64,000 nt of DNA from Candidatus Tanganyikabacteria bacterium (lineage in GTDB: Bacteria > Cyanobacteriota > Sericytochromatia > S15B-MN24 > VGJW01), in assembly GCA_016867235.1 (NCBI GenBank), contig VGJY01000002.1:2647-66646 (forward strand), in the 5' to 3' direction. Of the stretch, positions 37,323-46,259 are shown piece after piece. The notes below the pieces were generated by a model, which did not search any database, was not told the DNA's origin, and was given only the letters and a program-made list of their open reading frames with translations. Made by a program: the position numbers and the translations under genes. Numbering within the stretch: the first letter of the stretch is position 1; each line of letters starts with the position of its first letter.

Positions 37323-40300
37323 TCACCTGGCGACCAGCCGCGCCTCGATACGGTACAGGCGGCCGTCGCGCATGAGGGCGATGGATACCAGGTCGCCGGG
37401 CAAGCGGCCCGAAAGGGCCTTCGCCAGGTCCCGCGGCCCGGCGATCTCGAAGTCCTCGACTCCGACGATCACGTCGCCCGGCAGGATCCCGGCCGCCGCG
37501 GCGGGCGATCCGGGCGTCACGCTCGCCACCCGGCAGCCGGTGCCGCCGAAGGCCAGATCGGGCATGGTCCCGAGGCTGACCCGCCGGGCCGGAAGCAGGG
37601 CCGCCTCGGCTGGCAAGCCGGATGACGGCGCGGCGGGAGGCGAGCCGGATGACGTCGCGGTGGGGAGCGGGCCCGACGACCGCGCTGCGGCCTGGGAGCC
37701 GGATGCCGGCGTCGCGGCCGGCGGGTGCGACGGCCGCGCCTCGGGCGGCAGGGACGACAGCCGCAAGGCCAGGTGGCCCGCCAGCCTGGCCGCCGCGGCC
37801 ACGGCCTCCGGCTCGACCTTGTCGGCGGTGTCCCCGGGCCGGTGGTAGTCGGGGTTTGGGCCCGTGTGCAGGTGGAGGGCCGGCACGCCGGCCGCGACGA
37901 AGCTCTGGTCGTCGCTCGCCGCCACCGCCCGCGCCACGGGCCTGGTGGCGACGCCGGCGCGGCGTGACGCCTCGGCCAGCAGGTCCGGCCAGCGGCCCCA
38001 GGTCTCGGTGCCGAAGGCGGTGACGGCCCGGTCGCCGAAACGTCCCACCGCGTCCAGGTTGACCATGGCCAGGCAGTCGGCGGCGGGATACCGCCCGGGA
38101 GCGTCCACGAAGTGGCGGGAACCGAGGCGGCCCGCCTCCTCGCCGGTGAACGCCACGAAGACGAGCGTGCGCTCGGGCCGCCAGCCCGCCCCGGCCAGGC
38201 GCGCCACCTCGAGCAGGGCGGCCACCCCGCTCGCGTTGTCGGCGGCGCCGGGATGGATCTTCCCCGCGTCGCCGGCGTGGACGTCCGGCCAGCCGCGGCC
38301 GAGGTGGTCGTAATGGGCGCCGATCACCACGCTCTGGCTGGCCCACTCGGGGCGCTTCCCTCGCAGGAGGCCGACGACGTTCTTCGCGCCGTCGACCGGC
38401 GGAGCGCCCGCCGGCAAGGTCGGCCGGAACGCCTGGAAATAGCTCCCGGGCGCGTCCCCGCCAGGCTCCAGACCGGCGCTCCGGAACTGCGCGGCGAGGT
38501 AGTCGGCCGCGGCGTCCAGTTCGGGAGTGCCCAGGCCCCTCCCGGCAAACCGGCTGTCGGCCAGGTGCCTGATGCCGTCTCGCAGCCTGGCCGGGGAGAC
38601 CGCCGAAGGCGAGAGGGTCAGCGGGAGCGGCGCCCGCATCGCGAGCGACACCCGCGCCCCGGGAGCGCCTTCCGGCGCGACGGGAGCGCCTTCCTGCGCG
38701 GCACCGGCGGGCCGGGTGCCGGGATCGGGCACCGCCACCGAGAGCGGGGAGTCGGGCGCGGCCCACTCGCCCCGGGCGATGGCCCGCAGATCGGCGCCGG
38801 CGAACGCCACGAAGCCGTACTTCCCGTAGTGGGGGAGCTTGCGCCCGACGGCCTCGAGCGCCGCGGGTCGCTCGGCGGCCACCCAGCCCAGCGCCAGATC
38901 CGGATTTCCCGGATGCGCCAGCGCCAGGGCGATCGCCACGCCCTCCCCGGTCAAGGGGCCGGAGGGCAGGCGAGGGGTCGCCCCTTCGACGTCCGCGCCC
39001 AGCCGCGCGGCCTGCCGCCTCACCTCGGCGAAGTGACGGTTCTCGCGGCCCAGCACCCAGACCGTCCGGTCCGCGGGCAGGGTCTCGACTTCGGTGTCCT
39101 GCGCGACCTCGACCTGGCCAGGCTGCGACTCGCGCCACGCTTCGGCAAGCCGCCGATACCCCGCCCGGTGCGGCTCGGGGGCGCGGGCCGGCACGACGAC
39201 CAGCGCCCTCTCGGCCGCGAAGGCCCGCGCCAGGCTAGGCGGGACTTCGCCGGGCTGCAGCCGGCGGAACAGGTCGAACTCCGGGTCGACGTCCAGGCGT
39301 AGCGGCCGCGCGGAGAGCGGCAGGTCCAGCCTCGCCGTCCGACCCGCCAGATCCACCCGCGCCCGCACCGGATCGCCCGCGCCCTCGGTCCGGACCTGCA
39401 CCGGCACGCCCAGCCTGAACTCAGGGCCCGCCTGCGCCTGATCGAGAATGGCCGTCAGGCGCCACGCTTCGCCTTCGCGCAGGGCTCGCACGTCCCGCAC
39501 GCGCAGTTCCGGGGCGCCGACGCTCCTGACCCAGCGACCGAATTCCGGCGCCACGGCCGGATCGCCTTCGGCCGCAAAGGCCCGCTCCAGGTCGCCGAAG
39601 GTGGCCCGCCGGCCGCGTTTCTCCCGGTAGAAGCGGCGCAACGCGGCCAGGAATGCGTCGTCGCCCAGCGCGCGGCGCGCCATGTGGAAGAACAGCAGGC
39701 TCTTGCCGTAGCCGACCGCCTCGGTGACCGAACTGTGGCGGCCCCGGAAGGCCGTGAGCGGGAAATCCCTGGCGCCCTTGACGAACTCGGAGTAGCGCTG
39801 CAGCGTGGCCCGCCGGTAGGCCGCGCCGCCGCCGTCCTGCTCGGCCAGCAGGTGATCGGCGAGGTAGGCCGTGAGGCCCTCGCACCAGTTGCCCTGATCG
39901 TAGTCGACGAACACCGAGTTGCCCCACCAGTTGTGGAGGATCTCGTGGGGATAGGAGGTCCGGAGGATGAAGGGGAAGCGGATGATCTTGGGCCCGAGCA
40001 ACGTGAACGAGGGCATGCCGTAGCCGGTCTCCCAGAAATTCTCGACCAGCGCGAACTTCCCGTATGCATACGGCCCGAAGAGCCGCTCGTAGAGCAGGAG
40101 GTACTCGGCCGTCGCGTCCAGGTAGCGGTCGGCGAGCGTCTGATCGGGTTCCCGCAGCAGTGCGAGCGCATCGATGTCGCCCACCTTGCGCGCGTACTCG
40201 GTCCAGCGCCCGGCCACCAGGTAGATCTCGTCTTGCGGCTCCGGGGACACCCAGCGAAACGCCCCCTCGTCGCTCGCCGCGGCCGTAAGGGTCCGGCGGC

Positions 40301-40865
40301 CCTGCGACAGGGCCTTCCAGCCAGCCGGCACGCGGCATTCCAGGCCAAACGGCAGCAACTCGTCGTCGCCGAAGCGGGGGTACCAGAAGGTGGAACCCGC
40401 CAGGTAGACCCCGTCCGTCCCGACCGTCCCCGGGCTCTCCTTGAAGCTGCGGGCGTACTCTTCGCCCTGCTCGCGGGGCGGATGGTGGACGCGCCCGCCG
40501 TACTCCAGTTCGAAGGCCCGCGCTCCAGGCACCAGGCGGACGCGGAAGGTCTCGACCGGCACCGCCGCGTCCCCCGCGGCGTTTTGCCCGTGCGCGGCCG
40601 CCTCGCTGGCCGCGACGCGCGCTACGGTCACGCCGATCGTGCGGCTTTCGGGCCGCAGGCCGCCGTGCAGGCGGAACGTCAACTCCCCGCCGCCCCGGGC
40701 GACCGGCGCGGCCAGGGTGATGGTATCGCGCACTCCGATGGTACCGGCCGCGGGATCCAGGCGCACGACCAGGTCATGGCCCGCCGGGACCGGATATCCG
40801 GCGGCAGCCCCCGAGAGGCCGAGCGCGCAGCCGGCCATGACCCATGCGAGTCTTGCGTGCATCAT
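37323..40865 (-). CDS. secreted tri-domain peptidase: M1 aminopeptidase-N-like + M28 aminopeptidase + C-terminal PDZ
   Basis: 1180 aa with a signal peptide. The M1 gluzincin motif is HEILHNWWG-x18-E. The M28 motifs GAHYDH and DNASGVAALLEVAR are present. The PDZ region reads GILPGDVIVGVEDFEI. Confidence 0.75.
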   Translation of the reverse strand: MMHARLAWVMAGCALGLSGAAAGYPVPAGHDLVVRLDPAAGTIGVRDTITLAAPVARGGGELTFRLHGGLRPESRTIGVTVARVAASEAAAHGQNAAGDAAVPVETFRVRLVPGARAFELEYGGRVHHPPREQGEEYARSFKESPGTVGTDGVYLAGSTFWYPRFGDDELLPFGLECRVPAGWKALSQGRRTLTAAASDEGAFRWVSPEPQDEIYLVAGRWTEYARKVGDIDALALLREPDQTLADRYLDATAEYLLLYERLFGPYAYGKFALVENFWETGYGMPSFTLLGPKIIRFPFILRTSYPHEILHNWWGNSVFVDYDQGNWCEGLTAYLADHLLAEQDGGGAAYRRATLQRYSEFVKGARDFPLTAFRGRHSSVTEAVGYGKSLLFFHMARRALGDDAFLAALRRFYREKRGRRATFGDLERAFAAEGDPAVAPEFGRWVRSVGAPELRVRDVRALREGEAWRLTAILDQAQAGPEFRLGVPVQVRTEGAGDPVRARVDLAGRTARLDLPLSARPLRLDVDPEFDLFRRLQPGEVPPSLARAFAAERALVVVPARAPEPHRAGYRRLAEAWRESQPGQVEVAQDTEVETLPADRTVWVLGRENRHFAEVRRQAARLGADVEGATPRLPSGPLTGEGVAIALALAHPGNPDLALGWVAAERPAALEAVGRKLPHYGKYGFVAFAGADLRAIARGEWAAPDSPLSVAVPDPGTRPAGAAQEGAPVAPEGAPGARVSLAMRAPLPLTLSPSAVSPARLRDGIRHLADSRFAGRGLGTPELDAAADYLAAQFRSAGLEPGGDAPGSYFQAFRPTLPAGAPPVDGAKNVVGLLRGKRPEWASQSVVIGAHYDHLGRGWPDVHAGDAGKIHPGAADNASGVAALLEVARLAGAGWRPERTLVFVAFTGEEAGRLGSRHFVDAPGRYPAADCLAMVNLDAVGRFGDRAVTAFGTETWGRWPDLLAEASRRAGVATRPVARAVAASDDQSFVAAGVPALHLHTGPNPDYHRPGDTADKVEPEAVAAAARLAGHLALRLSSLPPEARPSHPPAATPASGSQAAARSSGPLPTATSSGSPPAAPSSGLPAEAALLPARRVSLGTMPDLAFGGTGCRVASVTPGSPAAAAGILPGDVIVGVEDFEIAGPRDLAKALSGRLPGDLVSIALMRDGRLYRIEARLVAR

Positions 40866-40909
40866 CCGGATTCAACCTCCGCTTCGGACGATGATAACCT
40901 CGTGAGCAC

Positions 40910-41959
40910 ATGCCCTTCGCGCCGCTTCTCGCCATGATCGCCGCCAGCGTGCTGCTGGCTGCCGCTGCAACTCCCGGAGTGCCGGAGCCGTTGCACCACC
41001 CGGCCGAGAAGCGCCTGTCAAACGTGCGCAAGCTGACCTCGGGCGGCCAGAACGCCGAGGCCTACTTCTCGGCCGACGGCGCGCGCATCGTCTTCCAGGC
41101 GACGCGCCCGCCTCACGGCTGCGACCAGATCTACACGATGGATCTTTCCGGCGGGGCGATGCGCAGGCTGTCGAGCGGCGAGGGCCGCACCACGTGCTCC
41201 TTCTTCCTGCCCGACGGCAAGCGCTTCGTGTACGCCTCGACGCACCTGGGCGGGCCGAATTGCCCGGCCCCGCCGGACAACCGCCTCGGCTACGTCTGGC
41301 CCCTCTTTCCCGACTACGACATCTTCCTGGGGGACCTCGGGGGCGGCGCGCACAGGCGCCTGACCGACACGCCGGGCTACGACGCCGAGGCCGCCGTCTC
41401 GCCGGACGGCCGCCGCGTGGTCTTCACGTCGGTGCGCGACGGCGATCTCGAGATCTACTCGATGAACAGCGACGGCACCGACGTGCGCCGCCTGACCCAT
41501 CGCAAGGGTTTCGACGGCGGACCGTTCTACTCCTGGGACGGCAAGCACATCGTCTACCGGAGCCACTACCCCGACACTCCCGAAGCACTGGCCGAGTACG
41601 AGGGCCTCCTGGCCCAGAACCTGATGCGGCCGACGAGAGCCGAGGTCTACCTCATGAACGCCGACGGCTCCGGGCAGACCCAGGTGACCCGGACCGGACA
41701 CGCCAACTGGTCGCCCTTCATGCACCCGGACGGGCGCCGCATCGTCTTTTCCTCGAACATGCACGATCCGCGCGGCCGCACGTTCTCGCTCTACATGATC
41801 AACACCGACGGGACGGGACTGGAGCGTGTCACGTACGGCGCGCGCTTCGACAGCTTCCCGATGTTCAGCCGGGACGGCACCAGGCTGCTCTTCAGCTCGT
41901 CGCGCGCCGCGACCGAGGCTCGCGAGTTCAACGTCTTCCTGGCTGACTGGCAGCCCTGA
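40910..41959 (+). CDS. TolB-like WD40/PD40 beta-propeller periplasmic protein
   Basis: 349 aa with a signal peptide and repeated PD40 motifs (SPDGxRIVF). Confidence 0.7.
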   Translation: MPFAPLLAMIAASVLLAAAATPGVPEPLHHPAEKRLSNVRKLTSGGQNAEAYFSADGARIVFQATRPPHGCDQIYTMDLSGGAMRRLSSGEGRTTCSFFLPDGKRFVYASTHLGGPNCPAPPDNRLGYVWPLFPDYDIFLGDLGGGAHRRLTDTPGYDAEAAVSPDGRRVVFTSVRDGDLEIYSMNSDGTDVRRLTHRKGFDGGPFYSWDGKHIVYRSHYPDTPEALAEYEGLLAQNLMRPTRAEVYLMNADGSGQTQVTRTGHANWSPFMHPDGRRIVFSSNMHDPRGRTFSLYMINTDGTGLERVTYGARFDSFPMFSRDGTRLLFSSSRAATEAREFNVFLADWQP

Positions 41960-41974
41960 AGCCTGCGCCTCGGC

Positions 41975-42985
41975 TTGCGGGGTACAAAACCGCTAATGCC
42001 CGGCCCCCAGGATCCCTCGAACCAGAACCCGCTGCCCAAGCGGGTCGTTCCGCAGAACCTGACGCGGCCCATCGATCCCGACGAGGTCTACGACATGACC
42101 CTCGGGCCGGGCGACAGCGTGGTGCAGGCCGCCTACGCCCGCACCGGCCGCGGGACCACCTTCCTGGGGCCGACGGCCGGCCGGCCGGGAGTCGCCGAGG
42201 ACGGCACCGATGCGCTGATGCTCCGCAAGGTGGCCAAGCGCAGCCGCAGCCTCACCTTCATCGTGCAGGGCATCATGTGGCGAGCCGGCTTCGCGCCGGA
42301 CATCGCCCAGACGCCCCTCGGGCAGGCCACGCCCTTCCGCAAGATCCTCGACACCGAGACCGTGGCGCCCAGCGGCAGCATCCTGCGCCCGGTCGTCGCC
42401 AACTACGAACTGGTGTTCCGGGAGCTCATCCCCAAGCCCCTGCTCGACCAGTGCGACCAGATGTTCGGCCTGGTGCGCAAGCTGGAGCGCATCGCGGTCT
42501 TCTACTTCCCCGCCGGCGAGGGCGCCACGGCGGGCGTCGTCGCCCAGTACCTGGAGCAGCCCGCCTCCAGGGGCCACGTGCTCTACCTCCAGACCAACAT
42601 CAAGAACGCCTCGCCCACGGTGCTCGAGCAGATCCAGAAGACCTTCGAGGCCGCCGTGCCGCGGGCGATCGAGGCGGCAAAGCAAGCCACGCCGGGCACG
42701 TTCTGGCAAGAACTGGACCGGTCGATGTACCAGGTGACCGCGACCTTCAAGAACAGCGTGCTCGGCAGCGGTACCCGGGCGGCCACCTCGCAGCTCCAGA
42801 AATCGGCCAAGCAGGCCGGCCACAAGGTCGACCGGGCCGCCGGCGTCATCGACGCGGTCAACAAGGGCTTCGACGCGGCCGCCGCGGTGCCCGCGCAACT
42901 GGGCGTGGGTGTCGTGCGCGGCTTCACGAAGGCCATCGTGGGCGCCATCGAGGGCCTCGACAAGCTCTTGAAACCCAAGTCCTGA
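41975..42985 (+). CDS. hypothetical protein (336 aa)
   Basis: Track ORF with protein-like composition. Confidence 0.45.
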   Translation: MRGTKPLMPGPQDPSNQNPLPKRVVPQNLTRPIDPDEVYDMTLGPGDSVVQAAYARTGRGTTFLGPTAGRPGVAEDGTDALMLRKVAKRSRSLTFIVQGIMWRAGFAPDIAQTPLGQATPFRKILDTETVAPSGSILRPVVANYELVFRELIPKPLLDQCDQMFGLVRKLERIAVFYFPAGEGATAGVVAQYLEQPASRGHVLYLQTNIKNASPTVLEQIQKTFEAAVPRAIEAAKQATPGTFWQELDRSMYQVTATFKNSVLGSGTRAATSQLQKSAKQAGHKVDRAAGVIDAVNKGFDAAAAVPAQLGVGVVRGFTKAIVGAIEGLDKLLKPKS

Positions 42986-42998
42986 CAGGAGGCCCCCG

Positions 42999-44132
42999 TT
43001 GCCGCACTTCGTCGCCGCCCTCGCCTCCCTCGCCCTGGCCACGGCGACGCCGTCGCTCGAAATCCAGAACCTGGTGGTCGTCGGAACGCCCGAGCCTCCC
43101 GAGTGGACGTACAGCCTCGTGCCGATCCCGCTCATCTACTTCGGCGGCGGCGCCGAACTGCGGCACGGCGGGGGCGTGCCCGACCAGTACGTGCTGGCCA
43201 GCGGCGGGTACACATGGGCCGGCAAGGAGGTCTACGACCCGCGGTCCAGGTCGATCGTGCGGTCGGCCGCCTATGCCACGACCAACGGCGGCCTGTCGCC
43301 GTACTGGGATTCCCGCCTCGGCTGGGGCCTCAACCTCACGCGGGAGGTGCGGGTCTGGCTGCAAGGCCGCTACACCGCGCCGGCCCTGGAAGCCAACATG
43401 GCGTCGTGGGTAGCCGGCGAGGAAGGCAAGCCGCTGGATAATCACTACGATCCGGCCGCCCTGGTGGGCTTCCGGCCGATCGTGACCGTGGGACCGCACC
43501 TGCAAGCGGACTACACCGACGATCCCGACTTCCCGACCTCGGGCACGTGGGCGCGGGTGGGCATGGACTACGGCCCGGCGTGGCTGGGGAACCAGAGCAA
43601 GGGCGGTGCAGCCAACGAGTTCGGCCTGTACCGGGCCCGCCTGGCGCAGTTCTTCCGCGTGGGCGAGGACATGACCGTCGTGGTGAGCGGCGTGGCCGGT
43701 ACCGGGACCGGGCTCATCCCGGTGAACCTGCGGTACGCGGCGGGCGGCGCGACTTACGTGCGGGGGTACCTGGGCGATCGGTTCGCCGGCGACAGGCTCC
43801 TGGCCGGGTCGATCGAGTGGCGCCACCTGGCGCTCCCGGGCCTGGTCGAGTACGGCGACCTGGGCCTGGGCTACCACGCCTACCTGGATTACGGCCGGGT
43901 CTGGGAGACCTCCTGCGCGGCATGCACGCCGAGCAACCCGGCCATCGCGTTCCCCGACGACCTGCGAGCGGGCGCCGGCGCGGGAATCAGCGTCGTGGCA
44001 GGCCGGAGCACCCTGCTGCGCCTCGACCTGATGGCCGGCAACGAGGGCGTCATCTGGTACCCGCTCTTCGGCGGCCTGCTCAAGATCCCCTTCGTGCCGG
44101 GCCTGGGCCTCAGCTTGCGCGAGACCTGGTAG
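42999..44132 (+). CDS. outer-membrane beta-barrel protein (Omp85/surface-antigen-like barrel without POTRA)
   Basis: 377 aa with a signal peptide. Alternating hydrophobic beta-strand patterning runs through the protein, and the C-terminus LKIPFVPGLGLSLRETW resembles an aromatic-terminal barrel signature. Confidence 0.5.
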   Translation: MPHFVAALASLALATATPSLEIQNLVVVGTPEPPEWTYSLVPIPLIYFGGGAELRHGGGVPDQYVLASGGYTWAGKEVYDPRSRSIVRSAAYATTNGGLSPYWDSRLGWGLNLTREVRVWLQGRYTAPALEANMASWVAGEEGKPLDNHYDPAALVGFRPIVTVGPHLQADYTDDPDFPTSGTWARVGMDYGPAWLGNQSKGGAANEFGLYRARLAQFFRVGEDMTVVVSGVAGTGTGLIPVNLRYAAGGATYVRGYLGDRFAGDRLLAGSIEWRHLALPGLVEYGDLGLGYHAYLDYGRVWETSCAACTPSNPAIAFPDDLRAGAGAGISVVAGRSTLLRLDLMAGNEGVIWYPLFGGLLKIPFVPGLGLSLRETW

Positions 44133-44141
44133 ACGCCATAA

Positions 44142-44172
44142 AGAGCCAGAGAGGACAGCCTCCCTGGCTCTT
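44142..44172 (+). terminator. putative terminator hairpin
   Basis: agagccagagagg-acagc-ctccctggctct has a 13-bp stem with one mismatch and lies 10 nt after the stop. There is no clear U-tract. Confidence 0.35.
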
Positions 44173-44209
44173 GGAGCATGGCACCGTGGTTATGCGCCCA
44201 GGCGCGTGA

Positions 44210-44818
44210 ATGCTTGCGTTTGCGCGGTTAAGGTTGGGGAATAGCGGAGAAGTGGGGACGCTAGCGGAGGCCATCCGCCTGAACGACATCGGCCACGAGC
44301 ACATCGTGAGCGCCATCGCGGGCACGCGGGCACCGGACGCCCAGGTGCGCCAGGCGCTGATGGAAGCCCTCGAGGCCGCCGAAGTCGCCGGCGCCGACAA
44401 CCCGAAGTGGCGAGCCGAGAGCGTCATCGCCCTGGTGAATCTGGAGCTGTTCTCGATCCTGGTGGCCGAAGGCGATCCAATGGCCTACCAGAAAGCCATC
44501 CAGGACGCCCTGGACGTGGTGGGCCGGGCCTTCGACGGCTCGCCCTCGACGCCGCAGGAGATCACCCGGCTGGCGCACGTCTGGTACAGCCTCGGCTTCC
44601 ACCAGCAGGCCTTGACGCGGTTCCAGGATGCCGTGGGGCTATACCAGCAGGCCTCCCAGACCGCCCTGGCCGTGCAGGAGGGCCAGCGGGACATCCGGTT
44701 GCTCATCCTGATCGCGACCAACATCGCCACCTGCGCCGACAAGCTGGGATTGCCCGACATGGCCGCGCGGACGCGCGACCACGTAGAAAACCTGCTGCGC
44801 CTGCTGGGAAAGGGCTAG
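44210..44818 (+). CDS. hypothetical protein (202 aa), helical
   Basis: Track ORF only. Confidence 0.45.
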   Translation: MLAFARLRLGNSGEVGTLAEAIRLNDIGHEHIVSAIAGTRAPDAQVRQALMEALEAAEVAGADNPKWRAESVIALVNLELFSILVAEGDPMAYQKAIQDALDVVGRAFDGSPSTPQEITRLAHVWYSLGFHQQALTRFQDAVGLYQQASQTALAVQEGQRDIRLLILIATNIATCADKLGLPDMAARTRDHVENLLRLLGKG

Positions 44819-44834
44819 GAAAGGGCCGGTACGG

Positions 44835-45020
44835 TCAGGCCAGCGACAGGCCGGACGTCTTGCCATGCCCGGTGCCGAGCACCGGAGCGTCGGCCTTGGC
44901 GAGGTGGACCGTCTTGGGCTTGTCCTTCTTAGGCTTGGGCGCGGCAGTATCGCCGGCCGTACCCGACGGAAATGCCAGCGAAGCCAGCGGCCTCCGCCCC
45001 ACCTTGAGGTTGCCCGGCAT
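44835..45020 (-). CDS. small basic protein (61 aa), hypothetical
   Basis: It reads MPGNLKVGRRPLASLAFPSGTAGDTAAPKPKKDKPKTVHLAKADAPVLGTGHGKTSGLSLA. A perfect GAGGAGG lies 7 nt upstream of the ATG. It sits downstream of kbl on the same strand. Confidence 0.4.
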   Translation of the reverse strand: MPGNLKVGRRPLASLAFPSGTAGDTAAPKPKKDKPKTVHLAKADAPVLGTGHGKTSGLSLA

Positions 45021-45052
45021 GAATCGGCCTCCTCTCGTTCCCAGTCTTGGAG

Positions 45053-46246
45053 TTATACCCTGACCGGGAGGATTCCCAGTTGGCGCCCGACTTTCTCGAA
45101 GGCCCGCAGCGCGAAGTCGAGGTCGTCGCGGGTGTGTGTGGCCGTGACGATGGTCCGCACGCGCTCCTTGCCGCGCGCCACCGTGGGGAAGCCGATGCCC
45201 ACGGCGAAGACGCCCTCCGCGAATAACCCGTCCGAGAGCGCCATGGCACGTTTCGTGTCGCCGACGATCACCGGCGTGATGGGTGTCTGGGAGGCCCCGG
45301 TGTCGAAGCCCAGGTCGGCCAGGCCGGCCTTGAAGTAGCGGGAGTTGTCCCAGAGGCGCTCGATGATGGCCGGTTCGGTCTCGAGCAGGTCGAATGCCGC
45401 CATGCACGCGGCGGTGACGGCCGGGGGGTGCGAGGTCGAGAACAGGAAGGGGCGCGCCTTGTGCCACAGGTACTCGATGAGCACCTGCGGGCCTGCCACG
45501 TAGCCGCCCAGCACGCCCACGGCCTTCGAGAGCGTCCCGACCTGGATGTGGACGCGGCCGTGCAGGTCGTAGTGATCGACCGTGCCGCGCCCGTTGCGGC
45601 CCAGGACGCCCGAAGCGTGGGCGTCGTCGACCATGATCAACGCCCCGTGCTCCTCGGCGGCCGCGACGATATCCGGCAGGGGCGCGATGTCGCCGTCCAT
45701 CGAGAAGACGCCGTCGGTGACGACGAGGATCCGGCGGTACTGCCCCGCGACCTCGGCCAGCACGCGCCGCAGATCGGCGACGTCCTTGTGCTTCCAGACC
45801 TTGATCTGCGCCCGCGACAGGCGGCAGCCGTCGATGATGCTCGCGTGGTTGAGTTCGTCCGAGACGATGACGTCTTCCTTGCCCAGGATGGACGAGACCG
45901 TGCCGGCATTCGCGGTGAAGCCGCTCTGGAAGACCACCGCCGCCTCGGTGTGCTTGAACTTCGCGATGCGCGCCTCGAGGGCCATGTGGCCGGCCATCGT
46001 GCCCGCGATGGTGCGCACCGATCCCGAACCGGCGCCCTCGGTGCGGACGGCTTCCAGGGCCGCCTCGATCAGCCTGGGGTGCGTGGTGAGGCCCAGGTAG
46101 TTGTTGGACGAGAGGTTGACCACCTCCTTGCCGTCGATGACGCAGCGCGCGGCCTGCTCGCGGGCAAGCACGCGCAACGGCCGGAAGAGGCCTTGATCCT
46201 TGAGTTCGGCGACTTCGTCGTGAAGGAATTTCAGGGGATCGGTCAT
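45053..46246 (-). CDS. kbl: glycine C-acetyltransferase (2-amino-3-ketobutyrate CoA ligase)
   Basis: 397 aa PLP-dependent class II aminotransferase with the TLSKA lysine motif. It is adjacent to tdh. Confidence 0.8.
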   Translation of the reverse strand: MTDPLKFLHDEVAELKDQGLFRPLRVLAREQAARCVIDGKEVVNLSSNNYLGLTTHPRLIEAALEAVRTEGAGSGSVRTIAGTMAGHMALEARIAKFKHTEAAVVFQSGFTANAGTVSSILGKEDVIVSDELNHASIIDGCRLSRAQIKVWKHKDVADLRRVLAEVAGQYRRILVVTDGVFSMDGDIAPLPDIVAAAEEHGALIMVDDAHASGVLGRNGRGTVDHYDLHGRVHIQVGTLSKAVGVLGGYVAGPQVLIEYLWHKARPFLFSTSHPPAVTAACMAAFDLLETEPAIIERLWDNSRYFKAGLADLGFDTGASQTPITPVIVGDTKRAMALSDGLFAEGVFAVGIGFPTVARGKERVRTIVTATHTRDDLDFALRAFEKVGRQLGILPVRV

Positions 46247-46259
46247 GGTCTCGGGTACC

